A stretch of DNA of 64,000 bases from Octopus bimaculoides. Its lineage: Eukaryota. Below, in pieces: positions 25,135-39,349 of the stretch. Location: contig NC_068989.1 in NCBI RefSeq assembly GCF_001194135.2, forward strand, positions 82,119,504 through 82,183,503, read 5' to 3'. Position 1 is the stretch's first letter, and each line of letters starts with the position of its first letter. A program made the translations under genes and the position numbers. The notes beneath the pieces are model-generated. The model was not told where the DNA came from. It ran no database searches and saw nothing but the letters and a program-made list of their open reading frames with translations.

Positions 25135-25465
25135 AAAGAGAGAGATCAGACACTATAGTATTACTGTATAGTAGCACCTGAGAGAACAGATACTATGGTA
25201 TTAGTAGCTATAGTATGTGAGAGACACACTATGGTATCACAGCTATAGTATGTGAGGAATCAGGTACTATGGACTATATCATAGAATGTGAGAGACCTAA
25301 CACTGTAGTACAATATTATAGTGTGTGAGAGAGCAAACACTACAATATTATAGCCACAGTATGTGAGAGACAAGGTATAATGGACTATATTACAGAATAT
25401 GAGAGACCAGACACTATGGTATTATAGTACACGAGAGAGTAGACATTATGGTTACTCATAGACAC
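25135..25465. repeat. Degenerate minisatellite, ~35-37-bp unit
   Basis: GTGAGAGAC.AGACACTATGGTATTATAG motif recurs about 9 times. Confidence 0.7.
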
Positions 25466-25621
25466 AGAAGAAACACTACGAGCTTTAGGCTCAAACTTAA
25501 TGGAACATAAAATTGTTGACAGTAGAATATTTCCCACCATAAAATAAATATTAAAATTGGAGAGTAGGGTGGGGTGGAGAAAAAGAAACACGAAGAAGGG
25601 TGGAGGGTATTATAAAGTACT

Positions 25622-25656
<35 letters not shown>

Positions 25657-26689
25657 AGGAATTACAGTAGAAAACTTTTCAAGAACTGGTGTTGTTGTAG
25701 TAGTAGTGGTGGTGTGGTGGTGGTAGTACTAGCTGAGGTGGTGGTGGTTGTGAATATAGTAGCAGTAATAGTTACAATATTTTTTGAAATGTCAGAGAAA
25801 CTTCACAGGAAAAACAAAAATAAAAGATTTAAATTAACAGGAAAACACAGTGGGGGTTAGGGTGGGTAGGGCTGTGGTATGGCAAGGGTAGTGGGTGTGG
25901 TGGCGCAGTGTAGTAGTGAAGGTTGTGGTAGTACACTATGGTGGTGGTGGTGGTAGTTGTGGTGGCGGTGGTGTCGTGTGGCAGTGACAGACCTAGGTGG
26001 AAAACTAAAAACAAAAGTCTACATACAAAATGATAGAAAAGGCGTGAGCAGTTGGACTGAGACTCTGGCTCAGACCAATATAGCTCTACCACCAGCCCCA
26101 CCAGTTGCTTACACTGGCCCCTAAATTGTGCACCAAATGCACTGATCCCTTCATGTGTTCACATTACAACACTGCTCTCATCCCTGTTCTCCTACCCCTT
26201 TCTTGTTCTTATTTTCATTACTCTGTTCCTCTTCTTTCACTTTTAATTTTTATCTATGAATACATGTGCATTCACATGTGTGTATGTGTGTGTGTGCCTT
26301 TGTGTGTTTGTGCATGTATTATGTTTGCTGTTGGTGGTGCTGGTTGTGGTGGTATGTGTGTGTGTGTATAGACATATATGCACAGTGACACAAATACACA
26401 GAGCCATATACATGTACAATGACACACACACACACAGAGCCTCCCTACGCACCCCTCTGTCCCTCACATACACAATTTGGCCTTTCAGTCATCGTTTCCT
26501 CTACAGCCTGTCCTCTCTCCCTCAACGACAGGACACAAAGTTAGCTAATACAATTTATAATTGTTGTTCTCTACCCAGACACAACTGTCAACCTGCTTCC
26601 CACTACACTTCTCAATCTCTTCTGGCCTTAAACTGTCTTTACATTTCACATCAATAAACAACCAACCTACCTTCCTACCTATTTTTTTT

Positions 26690-26990
26690 TAACCTATCTA
26701 TCTCATTACTTACCTACCTACCTGTCTACCTATCTATCTATCTATCTATCTACCTACCTGTCTGTCAATCGACCTATCTATTTATCTACCTACCTGTCTG
26801 TCAATCGACCTATCTATCTACCTGTCTGTCAATCGACCTATCTATCTACCTGTCTGTCAATTGACCTGTCTATCTATCTATCTATCTATGTGTCTGTCTG
26901 TCTGCCTGCCTGCCTGCCAACCTGTCTGTCTGCCTGTCTGTCTGCCTGCCTGCCTGCCTGTCTATCTGTCTATCTATCTATCTATCTTTC
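26690..26990. repeat. Compound tetranucleotide repeat (CTAT/CTGT/CTGC) with a repeated TGTCAATCGACC unit
   Basis: Visible directly in the sequence. Confidence 0.85.
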
Positions 26991-27689
26991 TTTTTTTTTT
27001 CTCGATCCCTTTTGATCAAACTCCCCCCCTTTTTCCCTTCCTACGATCCCTTTTGATCGATACACCCCTACTTTTTTTTTTCCTTCCCCCTCCCAAAAAG
27101 AAAAGCTCTACATTGTATTTGTCCCATCTTTGTTGAGCCGTGTGTGGCTAATAAAAGAAATGTGTCTATCATCATATCTCTATCAGTATATCTACTGACA
27201 TATCTGTCACTTCACAACTGCACCAGTATTGCATTGCAGGCACGCATATACATGTATGTGCACATAATTAGAACAAGTGCATATTCCTTTTGTAGTCCAG
27301 AGGAAGCAGTGGGAGCATAGCAAGAGAACAGATGCTAAAGAGGGGTGAGTGACTACTGATGAAAAGATAGCTGTTGTTGTTGTTGAGGCCTAATTATGCA
27401 GATAGTCATCTACAAATAATCAGACATACACCTGTAACTGATCCACAGATCTTTGGCCATCATTAGGTTGAGGACCCCCACTGCACACACTCTCTTGTTG
27501 CAGATGTTGGATCTAGCAGTTCTGACATCTCCACATGTACATAATATGGAAGAACAAGTCATCTTGTCTTAATCTGCCTTGGACTACATTATCCAATGTA
27601 TCTTGTTAAGGTTAGTCAACAATTCAAGTTGACAGCAGCATGGGAGATAGAGTGGTTAAAGACATGAAAGTAGGAAACATTATTTGTCT

Positions 27690-28820
27690 TTAATAATAGG
27701 TGAGGAGGGATCTAAATAGTTAATGAAGAAACACAGGAAGGTGCTGTATTTACTGATTGGCATTGCAATATCACTGGAAACGGCTACAAGGGCAAAGAAA
27801 ATTCCTTAGAGAGAGTCATAGCACAATGAATGTGAAATGGAGTCAACCTAGATGAATTGCAGTCTGGTTTCGTGCTCAAAAGAAGAACCATGGATGCAAT
27901 CTTCTTACTGAGAGAATCAGCATCATCATCATCACCATCACCATCATCATCATCACCACTTAACATTTGTTTTCCATGCTGGCATGGGTTGGATGGTTTG
28001 ACAGGAGCTGGCAAGGTCAGGAGCTGCTCCATGTTCCATAGTCTGTCTTGGTTTGATTTCTCTTGCTAGATGCCCTTCCTAACACCACTCACTTCATAGA
28101 GTGTACTGGGTGCTTTCTATATGGCATCAGCACCAGTGTTTTTTTTTATAGTAGAACTGTAGGAGAAATACTTGGCTAAGAGTAAACAACAATTCCAAGC
28201 ATTTGTTGACTTGGAGAAGGTTTTTGACTGAGTGCCATACTCAGTAATTTGGTGGTCACTAAGAAAACGAAGTGTAGATGAATAACTTGTGAGGGCTGTT
28301 CAACCATGTACAAACATGCAGTTAGTGAGAGTCAGCAACATTAAGCAATGAATTTAACATGACTATAGAAGTTCATTATGAATCAATCCTTAGCCTTCTC
28401 CAGGCCATTGTAGTGGCATTTTAAGATAGCTGTCTGTGGGTATTCCCATATCTGTGGGTACTCCCACACACTGATGATCTAGTTCTTTTAGCTGAGTTTA
28501 TTGTGGAATTAGAGAAGATATTTCAAGCATGGAAGTTGAACCTAAAATCAAGAAGATTCAAGGTAACCTTAGCAAAACTACAGTGTCAGCAAGTAAGAAA
28601 GAAGATAGGACATCTATCTATATCATCAGACAAATGGCCTTGCTTGATATGCAAAAAAAGGAGTGTGTATACACTCCATATGCTGTACCTAATATAAACA
28701 AAGGACAAACTAGAGTATGGTGAAGGCTGACCTGAAGATGCTACATCTCATAGAGGAGAAGACTAAAGACTGTACTGATTGGTAATATGCAGTGTTACTG
28801 AAGACTTGTCCACTGATGGC
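27690..28820 (+). mobile_element. Degenerate RTE-clade LINE (RT to 3' end, internally deleted), interrupted by a family C SINE at ~27920-28140
   Basis: VNLDELQSGFVLKRRTMDAIFLLRE / QEKYLAKSK...AFVDLEKVFD*VPYSVIWWSLRK / DKWPCLICKK: RTE RT motifs on both sides of the SINE. Confidence 0.85.
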
Positions 28821-30149
28821 AAAACGAACCTTGACACAAAGAGAGAGTGTTTTTAGAAGCCTACTTCCCCCTCATTTTACATCTTCACAAACCAATTACC
28901 TAGTCCTCTCCCTCATGACTCCTGTCCCTTAATCACTCATAGCTCCCTATTTCTCTCTTCTTCCCATCACCTGTGTACACAAAAGAATGACGTATGCACT
29001 TCACTTCAATCCTCAAAAGGCCCACATATAGCAAGCTGCATTAGATCACCCCACCTCACTATCCAACACACTCTAGCTTTTCCCTTGCTGTACTACCAAC
29101 CAGCACTCTCACCCTTAAGGGCCATATCTAGTGCCACCCCATCTATTCTTGCCTTTATGTCATTACCCACCTCTACTTTTGTTCACCTCTATTCCTGCCA
29201 ATCACTACCAATTCCACCCCTACAATCCCGCTACCTTCCTCATCATACTTTCCTCTGCTTTCCCATAATTTTTTCCTCTCATACTCTTGCCCTTTCCACC
29301 TGCTTACCCATTCTGGTTCTTTTGATATCTTACTCCCTCCCTAAANNNNNNNNNNNNNNNNNNNNNNNNNNNNNNNNNNNNNNNNNTCTCTCTCTCTCTC
29401 CTAGCCCCAGGTGACCACCTGAGCAAATGTACATGCCCTAGGTTACTGGGAAACTATCTACACTTACATTCCTATCCCACCTCTCCCGACAGTCTATTTC
29501 TAGTTTTTCTTCTATCATTGACCTCTTCCTATCCACCAGCCCCTCTACATTCTTTAGGTTACTTAATATGCTAGTGTTGGTGCCCTAAGAAAATGCACTC
29601 CAGTACACTGTAAAATGGTTGTTGACCCCAGGTCATTCATCTGTAGACACCAAGCCAAATGACATGGATGAGCACTGAGTCTTAAAGAGTAGCAGTTTCC
29701 AATAAGAAATGACCCAGACTGAATGTAATTTGTGTGTGTATAATACACACACACACACACACACGTACGCACACACATACAAACCAATAAGCAGTGATGT
29801 ACATCTGATTTCACTAATTCCACCTATTCGTCCTTTAACTCTCAGTCCATGTGGTTTACATAGATTACATAAACATAACTCAGATGTATTTATATACTCA
29901 CTGCTGCTATATACACCTGCAAATATTAACTGCACTCAACTCAAAAGTTTGCGATAAGAGCAAAAGCTGCCCCTGAGGTCCTTAACAATAATCCCTAAGA
30001 ATGGTGGGAGACAGATTGGACTCCCTACACCACTACTGCTCACAGAAGCCTGGACGAATGCTTGTAATGAAGTGACCCCCGTTAAAAGCTCTCAAGGACC
30101 AGTTAATGGTGTAAAGGAAATAAGTCGCTTACTGCCAAAAACAGAAGGG

Positions 30150-30740
30150 TTCATGGATAGATAAGCAGTAGCTGTTTTTTAGATTAAATAAGGATAGCAA
30201 AGATATTAAAGAGACTTGTTGAGTGACCTAAACTACAGACAAGGGACCCTGGGGAATAAAGCTTTACATTCCAGCAGATAAAACAGTTATTTATAACCAA
30301 TTTTCAGTATTCCTACTGTACATGGGTTGGATGGGTTGTAAAGTTACATATTTGCAAATAGATTGTTGGGTATTGCATCAATCTGACTAATACTTTGGAA
30401 TATTTTAACTCTTCGATTATCTTACATCATGGATTACCTCCCTGGATTATATTACACCACTGGATTACCTCTAGGTGTATGCTGATTCTTCACATTTGAT
30501 TATATAGTTTGATAGTTAGATTCCAATGCATGTCCTTTCCTACAAATGATGATTTATCTGTGACAAGCAGAGCAATATACCTTATTCAGTAGGGTATACC
30601 ATTACAGTATGATAATAGATTGGGATGACTTGGGTGTCTATCTGAATGCTGCAAGTTTGGCTGTTTTAGTGACAGCCTAACTACATTGATTGTATAGTAT
30701 TTTAAAGTGTCAATGAGGTACTAACACCATATATTGTCTG
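30150..30740 (+). mobile_element. Highly decayed CR1/L2/Jockey-type LINE RT remnant
   Basis: Scattered motif echoes in the expected order: VAVFLD.NK, GI.G, VYAD, DLGVYL. No sustained ORF. Confidence 0.35.
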
Positions 30741-31258
30741 GTAGTAATCAATGAAATCCTAACCATATATATTCTTTCACAGTATCAATGAAACCTTAAC
30801 TGTATATATTCTATGGCTGTATCAGTGAAACACTATATACATATTTTTCTATAGTACTTTAAAGGAGAGAAATGCTATAGAAATAAATGAAGTAAGGAAA
30901 TACAGTACAGGCCTAAAATTACTAGGTCTGACCCCTACAGAATCTGCTTTATTAATTTGACAAGAGACTGTGACCTTAGAACCAACAAATGACTTATTAA
31001 TCTGCTTGGCTTTCTGATAGACTTCAACAAGGACATCAATCACCTCTCAGTATCTCCATCTTAACCCAATTCAACAAGAATGTCAAGCAGAATTTTTAAC
31101 TCTATATTGCAGTGACCTTTACAGAAAACTGGAGGGGGTAGCTAATATGACAGCAGATATGTAATGCGTGGAAAGGTGAGAAGGTCAGATTTTAGACTAT
31201 TTACTGGGAGCAATGTTACATACATTCAGCTTTATGAACTATTTGTGTGTGTATATGT

Positions 31259-31293
<35 letters not shown>

Positions 31294-32229
31294 AATATAT
31301 ATCATACATATGTGTGTGAATATGTGAGATATTGTTTCAATCTTCTCCCTGTACCTTATTATGATCATGATGATGATCATCATTTACTGTCCATTTTCGA
31401 TGCTGGTATGGGTTGGATGGTTTGATTATGTTGGGCTCCAATGTTGGCTTCAGTATGATTTCCATGGCTGGGTGCCCTTCCTAATACCAACCACTTTACA
31501 ATGTTTATTGGGTGTTTTTGTTTTTATTGTGATACTAGCATTTAGTAAAGTCACTAAGTAACTTGCAAAAAAAGTAAAGAAAAGAAAGGAAAAGTAAAAA
31601 GCCTCCTTAAATGAATGGAAGTGTATTCGAGAGGGGTGGTGGTGGCTTTGTGCCAAGTGTTGAGGGCTAAAGTATGATAAAGAGATAGGCACAGGTGTCT
31701 CACTATAAGGAAGATAATGGCTACTACACATTATATAAAGGTGGGTGAGAGTAGCTGGAAGGAAGAAAAAGATGGGGGGTACCGTAGTGTACTCTTAAGT
31801 TTCAAGGAAGTGATTTTAAGGAAGAATGTAGGCAGTGGATCAGGAGGGATGGAAAGAATTGGTAATTTCATAAGGGTGTAAGAAGTGACAAATGGTTAGA
31901 GATGGGGCTACAGGAAGATATATTGAGTGGTGAAAAGGGTAGAGGTGTGGCTGATGGAAAAGTGATGGAAGAATGGGAGTTAAGAAGATGAGATGAGAGG
32001 GAATGCGTGATGGGGGAAGATTGGGTGTGGGACAAGCATGAACAGACATAAGCATAATGCTTTTAGAACCTCACTTTCATTGTGGTGGTGGATGGGACTT
32101 CATGGGCAAAGCAAAACACCAATCATCACAGTCCTTTGTTCTCTCTTCTGTAAGGTTCAGTAACTTAAGATTGGTTTTCACTACTTCATCTTTGGGTCTT
32201 TCTCTTCTACAAGTTCCATACACTTTTAG

Positions 32230-33790
32230 CAATCAGCACATCGGTCTCTTTTGCCGAACCGCTAAGTTACGGAGATGTAAACACACCAGCATTGGTTGTC
32301 AAGCGATGTTAGGGGGACAAACACAGACACACACACATATATATATATGTAAGGGACGACCGTGCGAACTCATAAAAGGAGAAATGGTGACGAATGGAAA
32401 AACAGGACTCCTTTTATTTAAACGCGTCACACGGTCGAACACAAAAATATATATCAAATGATGATATATTTGATATGTTATGCGACGATAACATAGATGA
32501 CCAATAATGAAAGACCACAACCGTATTAGATGAATAACAGATATANNNNNNNNNNNNNNNNNNNNNNNNNNNNNNNNNNNNNNNNNNNNNNNNNNNNNNN
32601 NNNNNNNNNNNNNNNNNNNNNNNNNNNNNNNNNNNNNNNNNNNNNNNNNNNNNNNNNNNNNNNNNNNNNNNNNNNNNNNNNNNNNNNNNNNNNNNNNNNN
32701 NNNNNNNNNNNNNNNNNNNNNNNNNNNNNNNNNNNNNNNNNNNNNNNNNNNNNNNNNNNNNNNNNNNNNNNNNNNNNNNNNNNNNNNNNNNNNNNNNNNN
32801 NNNNNNNNNNNNNNNNNNNNNNNNNNNNNNNNNNNNNNNNNNNNNNNNNNNNNNNNNNNNNNNNNNNNNNNNNNNNNNNNNNNNNNNNNNNNNNNNNNNN
32901 NNNNNNNNNNNNNNNNNNNNNNNNNNNNNNNNNNNNNNNNNNNNNNNNNNNNNNNNNNNNNNNNNNNNNNNNNNNNNNNNNNNNNNNNNNNNNNNNNNNN
33001 NNNNNNNNNNNNNNNNNNNNNNNNNNNNNNNNNNNNNNNNNNNNNNNNNNNNNNNNNNNNNNNNNNNNNNNNNNNNNNNNNNNNNNNNNNNNNNNNNNNN
33101 NNNNNNNNNNNNNNNNNNNNNNNNNNNNNNNNNNNNNNNNNNNNNNNNNNNNNNNNNNNNNNNNNNNNNNNNNNNNNNNNNNNNNNNNNNNNNNNNNNNN
33201 NNNNNNNNNNNNNNNNNNNNNNNNNNNNNNNNNNNNNNNNNNNNNNNNNNNNNNNNNNNNNNNNNNNNNNNNNNNNNNNNNNNNNNNNNNNNNNNNNNNN
33301 NNNNNNNNNNNNNNNNNNNNNNNNNNNNNNNNNNNNNNNNNNNNNNNNNNNNNNNNNNNNNNNNNNNNNNNNNNNNNNNNNNNNNNNNNNNNNNNNNNNN
33401 NNNNNNNNNNNNNNNNNNNNNNNNNNNNNNNNNNNNNNNNNNNNNNNNNNNNNNNNNNNNNNNNNNNNNNNNNNNNNNNNNNNNNNNNNNNNNNNNNNNN
33501 NNNNNNNNNNNNNATAAGGAATGGGTTCTCTACTACGCTCGCATTTATTTATATTTAAATGAGAAGATTGTATGTAATGGCGATAGTAGTTTGTATCTAA
33601 TGGCGGGAGGTAGTTTCACTACATATACATATATACGACAGGCTTCTTTCAGTTTCCGTCTACCAAATCCACTCACAAGGCTTTGGTCGGCCTGAGGCTA
33701 TAGTAGAAGACACTTGCCCAAGGTGCCACGCAGTGGGACTGAACCCAGAACCATGTGGTTGGTAAGTAAACTACTTATCACACAGCCACT
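32230..33790 (-). mobile_element. Family A SINE split by an insertion (parts 32230-32347 and 33624-33790)
   Basis: The two halves are colinear with the family A consensus and join at the internal TA tract. Confidence 0.85.
32348..33623. mobile_element. Young TGT...ACA-bounded insertion (probable solo LTR or LTR element), centre unsequenced
   Basis: Starts TGTAAGGGACG and ends GTTTCACTACA. TATA lies on both sides. CpG-rich relative to the surroundings. The ~970-nt N gap is inside it. Confidence 0.55.
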
Positions 33791-34931
33791 CCTATGCCTA
33801 AAAATCGAAACTCAGTCTGTTGTTACACCTTCCACAGCTGGTGCTGGAGATTCCTCCATATTACCCCTGCCTGTCCTACCAACCTCACTTGTCTTTTGAA
33901 CTTGTGCTTCACCAGTTAATGAACTCCAATGATAAACTCCAGAATAACTTTTATTTTTATATAATGCACTTTAGTGTTAAACGTTTAAAAATTAACACAG
34001 TAATGATAATGTCATTTTCATTACATATGTAGTTGAGAGTTAAGTGTATAAAATTATATGAAGTGAATTTAAGCATTATTTCATAATGAATATTTCATTG
34101 GAGAGAAAATGTGTTGTTAATTAGAGTAAAGATATTTTTTCTTAACATATGTTAATTAATTTCTATTACAAGGAAGTTTCTAAAACAGATCATTTTTTTA
34201 TTTTTTATTTTGCTGCATTTACACTACCTGTATTTTATTAGGTTCTTTACTTAAATCATATTTTATTTCTTCTTCTTTTTCTTATTCCTATTACATTCAA
34301 AATATATTAATGATAATGCCGATGTATAACAGAATTGTAATGAGTTTTGTAAGGTGGTACGGTAGTTTAAAGAGTGATGATCAGATATTTAGAAAATTCA
34401 GTCATTCAGCTCCACTGGTGTCAGATACGAGGGAGTTTACCGTGATGATGATGATGATGATGATGAGGGGGAGGAGGAGGAGGAGGATAGTTTCTTGTAT
34501 TTGTCACCAGGTCTCTGGATGAGGAGCACAAAAACAAAAACATACATTCCCTCTTTGTCCAGCCCTTCCTTTTGAAGTGAAACTTAGTCAACCAAACAGG
34601 AATGTCTCTGACCTCAGCCCTTTGCCACACAATCACTTTCACAATAGCCCAACTCCTCCTCTGACAGAGGGAAGGTGGTAGGGCAATGATCATGATGGAC
34701 TTGGCCTTCATGATCATTGCTACTAACACTAACTCCTATGCTATATATTAGACAATGTAGTCCTAGATACACTATACCTGAATAAAAGATGTGCTGGTCA
34801 GACCTGGAGCATCTTTGATCATAGGATGAGTGCATTAGAGTTGACCTGGGGCTAAAGAATAACAAACAATAGAATTGGTTGGAATAAAAGACAGAGTTGG
34901 AGACAGATGACTGAAGAATGAAACATTAATA

Positions 34932-35100
34932 GGCGTAGGAGTGGCTGTGTGGTAAGTGGCTCGCTTACGAATCGCATGGTTCTGGGTTCAGTCCCACTGC
35001 ATGGCACTTTGGGCTAATGTCTTCTACTACAGCTTCGGGCCGGCCAAAGCCTTGTGAGTGGATTTGGTAGATGGAAACTGAAAGAAGCCCGTCGTATATA

Positions 35101-35149
<49 letters not shown>

Positions 35150-35346
35150 TTGTCCCCCCAACTTCGCTTGACAATCGATGCTGGTGTGTTTACATCCCCG
35201 TAACTTAGCGGTTCGGCAAAAGACACCGATAGAATAAGTACTAGGCTTACAAAGAATAAGTCCTGGAGTCGATTTGCTCGACTAAAGGTGGTGCTCCAGC
35301 ATGGCCACAGTCAAATGACTGAAACAAATAAAAGAGTAAAAGAGTA
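34932..35346 (+). mobile_element. SINE family A, full length, young
   Basis: Complete head, (TG)n centre and tail, with CpGs retained. Confidence 0.9.
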
Positions 35347-36163
35347 CTAATCTTTTACTATGTCCCCTCTAGGCATAAAATCTTCAATGATGCTAGACCA
35401 ATATTTTAATATTATGATGATGACGATGATGAAGACGACGACGATGATGATGGCACAAGAAAACTTTATTTCCATAAAAAAAACGTCAAGGAAGTGAAGC
35501 TAGTAGATGATACATTACCAGTTCAGTTAACAATCTGGCTTTGACAATGCAAGAGGGATTTTAATGAACATTGAACCTCATTAAAACTGGGCGGGAGTCA
35601 GTGAAAACCCCTCTCCAAGTTCCTTCGTTACTTTGACTGAGGTTTCAACAATCAATAAAATCTGGTGCCAGACGTGAGATACTCAGACTTTTGGAATTGT
35701 CTGGAGTATTATTTCATGGCTTTTAACAAATATTTACCTTCTTTAATAGCGTGTGAATGTGTGTGAATGCATGTGTGCATGTGTGTGTGTGTGTGTATGA
35801 GTATTAATGTATGATTGTGCATGTGCATATATACACTTATGTATGTATGTGTATATATAAATATGTGTACGTTAATATTAGCTACATATACACACACAGA
35901 TATAAACATGTGACCATAAACATGTTAGTAGTGCTTATATAAAAACTTAAAAATAAAAATAAAAATACAGTCACACATAAACACAAATACTGTGTGTTTC
36001 CTCTCTCTCTCTCTCTCTCATATATAACTATGTGTGTGTGTATGTTCAACTGTTTCTATCCAAGAGAGATTTGAACCCAGTATTTATATGTTATGTGTGA
36101 TTTGTAGCTTCATCTACTTTGTGATTTACAGCTAAAAATCAAATGCATATAACTTGTAACTTG

Positions 36164-36209
<46 letters not shown>

Positions 36210-36378
36210 NNNNNNNNNNNNNNNNNNNNNNNNNNNNNNNNNNNNNNNNNNNNNNNNNNNNNNNNNNNNNNNNNNNNNNNNNNNNNNNNNNNNNNNNNNN
36301 NNNNNNNNNNNNNNNNNNNNNNNNNNNNNNNNNNNNNNNNNNNNNNNNNNNNNNNNNNNNNNNNNNNNNNNNNNNNNN

Positions 36379-36399
<21 letters not shown>

Positions 36400-36431
<32 letters not shown>

Positions 36432-36665
36432 ATGTATGTATGTGCGTGTATATGTTTGTGTGCCTGTGTTTGTCCCCCCGCCCAACATCGCTTGACAACA
36501 GATGCTGGTGAGTTTACATCCCTGTAACTTAGCAGTTTGGCAAAAGATACTGATATGATAATTACTAGGATTACAAAGAATAAGTCCTGGGGTCGATTTG
36601 CTCGACTAAAGGCAATGCTCCAGCATGGCCGCAGTCAAATGACTGAAACAAGTGAAAGAATAAAA

Positions 36666-36668
<3 letters not shown>
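36400..36668 (+). mobile_element. SINE family A, 3' half after the gap
   Basis: TTTGTCCCCC...CATCGCTTGACAAC...GACTGAAACAAGTGAAAGAA. Confidence 0.8.
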
Positions 36669-36716
<48 letters not shown>

Positions 36717-36790
36717 TATATAGGGAGACTGATAGATATGATAGGTAGGTACTACATTATGCAAATACACACATGTCTATCTATCTATAT

Positions 36791-36833
<43 letters not shown>

Positions 36834-37288
36834 TGGAGAGAGAGAGATAGAGAGGTAGAAAAGCAGATAAACACAAATAGGCTCACTGTGTATATTTACG
36901 TGAAATACAAAATATAGAGTACAGAATAAACAAAGTAAACAAAAGGAGTTATGTAATAGACATATCTTGATAACTATTTTGGGAGCACCATATGCTGTAA
37001 CCATGTTTATACATAATAAAGGCCAACAATGTCGTTTGGTGTGTGTAAAATAAGTTCCTATGGATCTGATAAGCAAAGCTAGGTCATTCTCATCAGAAAA
37101 AGATGTATGCCTATAAGAGATAGTAGCTCTTGACAAATACATGAGTAAATTTGTTTTTCGAGGAAATATCTGCATTAAGTATGATACACAGATGGCTCTT
37201 TTAATCTAGTGTACCTCTGACTTGAATATCTTGATGTTTTACGTCTATGCATTCACAATGCTTTCAATATTTTTCATGTGTATTAATA

Positions 37289-37497
37289 CAGGGTGTTCAT
37301 AAATTACTTTTACAATTTGAAAAATTCAGAAAAAATGAAAAATAATAATAGTTCAGCAGAGTTTATTGGAAAACATAGGTAAGCAAATAAAGTTGTATTA
37401 CAAACTACAGGACACTTCCACACGAACTCCATTGGTTGCACACAACACACCAAGATGATAAATTGTGCAAGTTGTAATGATAATTTATGGACACCCT
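37289..37497. mobile_element. Tc1/mariner-type MITE
   Basis: TA|CAGGGTGTTCATAAATTA ... TAATTTATGGACACCCT|TA terminal inverted repeats. Confidence 0.75.
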
Positions 37498-38805
37498 TAT
37501 ATATAAGTATTCACACATGATGGTGTAAAAACACTATTACATGAACCAATCACTGAATTTTTGAAACAGCTGTAAAGAATTACCTAGGAATATACTCTTG
37601 TTTCACTAACTATATTTTGTTTATGTTCATATAACATCTTTTATAAATGAGAGGCATGATATAATGTGATATGTTCGCGTTTGTCCATCTTTTATCTTTT
37701 TATTACAAACTTGAGTTACACCGTTCAAATATTCTATGGCATTATTTTTACTCTGATTGGGAAGTTGGATTTCAAGAATTTTGAACCTTTTGAGAACTAA
37801 TTTGGTATTCCTTTATTGTGTGCTTATAATAGAATCTTGTCACCCATTGTATATCAAGCTCCGTTCTTTAGAAGCATAATGAATAGAGACTGAATACCAG
37901 GTTTCATTCTTAATCCTGTCCCTCTTCACTGGTGTTTTACAGTTGTCATCCATCTGTGCCACCAAATTATCTCTTTTTCCTCCCCATATATCTCTCACTC
38001 TCCCTATGCACTATGTATCTGCCTCTCCCCTCACACATTTGCAGTGTATCCAACTACATGTCTTTCATTCTCTCAACCTTTCCTTGTCTACTATATCACT
38101 ATTATTGTTCTACAACTCTTCCCAACTCATGTGTCATGGATCACCCCTATACGTTTGTTCACTATTCACTATATCCATCCCTCATTTCTACCCAATCTCT
38201 ACAGTCTATATTCATACCTCAATACTGTTTACTCATTATATACACCTCTTATCTCCCTATCTCCTATCTCTAGCTATCCCTCACTCTCCCCATACACTTT
38301 TTCAACCTCTACTTTCCCTTCTGTCCCCACTCCCATCTACTCACCTTTTACCCAGAAGGTCCACCCTGACACTTCCTCAGCATTAATTCATGTCTCTTTC
38401 CAGCACCCACCTCTAGTTACTTTCACCCACACTTCTATAATGTGATTAGTAATGTGGATCCTTTACAGCAAGAACCTGTTCTGGTCTGAATCCTCTTTTC
38501 AAGCTTTAATCTTTCTTCTAGCATAAAACTGCCTCCCTCTCAACTGTAGTCTAAGTCAAATGAGATCTTACTCTTGCAAGAGCCATGGTAACCCCCTTAG
38601 TGCTGGTGCCATGAAAAATGCACCCACTACATTCTGTAAAGTGGTTGGCATTAGGAAGGGCATATAGTCATAGAAACCATGCCAAAGCAGATATTGGAGT
38701 ACAATCAATCTTTAGACCTGCTGGATCCTGTCAGATCATCAACACATGCCAGCATGGGAGATGAGAACTGAAAGATGATATCTACATGCACACAAACACA
38801 CACAC

Positions 38806-38852
<47 letters not shown>

Positions 38853-39112
38853 CATACATATATATATGGTGGTTGTCTACTCCTTAAACAGAGTTTGACC
38901 ACCTCCTGCACCTACACCTTAGCCCTTTCATGGCGTCTGATGTGGCTTTTTAAACCAGACAGTGTTTTGAAAAAACACCCACACAGATATATATACACAT
39001 ACATAAATATATACATATACATACGTAAATATATACATACACACACACATATATATACACACACACATATATACATATATATACATACACATATATACAT
39101 ATATACACATAT

Positions 39113-39145
<33 letters not shown>

Positions 39146-39157
39146 CANNNNNNNNNN

Positions 39158-39194
<37 letters not shown>

Positions 39195-39349
39195 CAAATA
39201 TGTATACACACACACACACACACACACACTGTAGGTAAGGAAAAAATCCAAGCATTATCCACTTGAAGCCCATTTGCTTTTTCCAGTATTACGATCCAGT
39301 ATGTACTTGTTGTCATCATCATACTGATTTGAGGTACATATTCTTTTCT

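Noticed and set aside
25135-25465. CRISPR-like appearance of ~36-bp periodic repeats (also 10705-11160, 30740-30850 and 51770-51965)
   Set aside because: Units are degenerate along their whole length, with no conserved repeat alternating with unique spacers. There are no cas genes and the context is eukaryotic.
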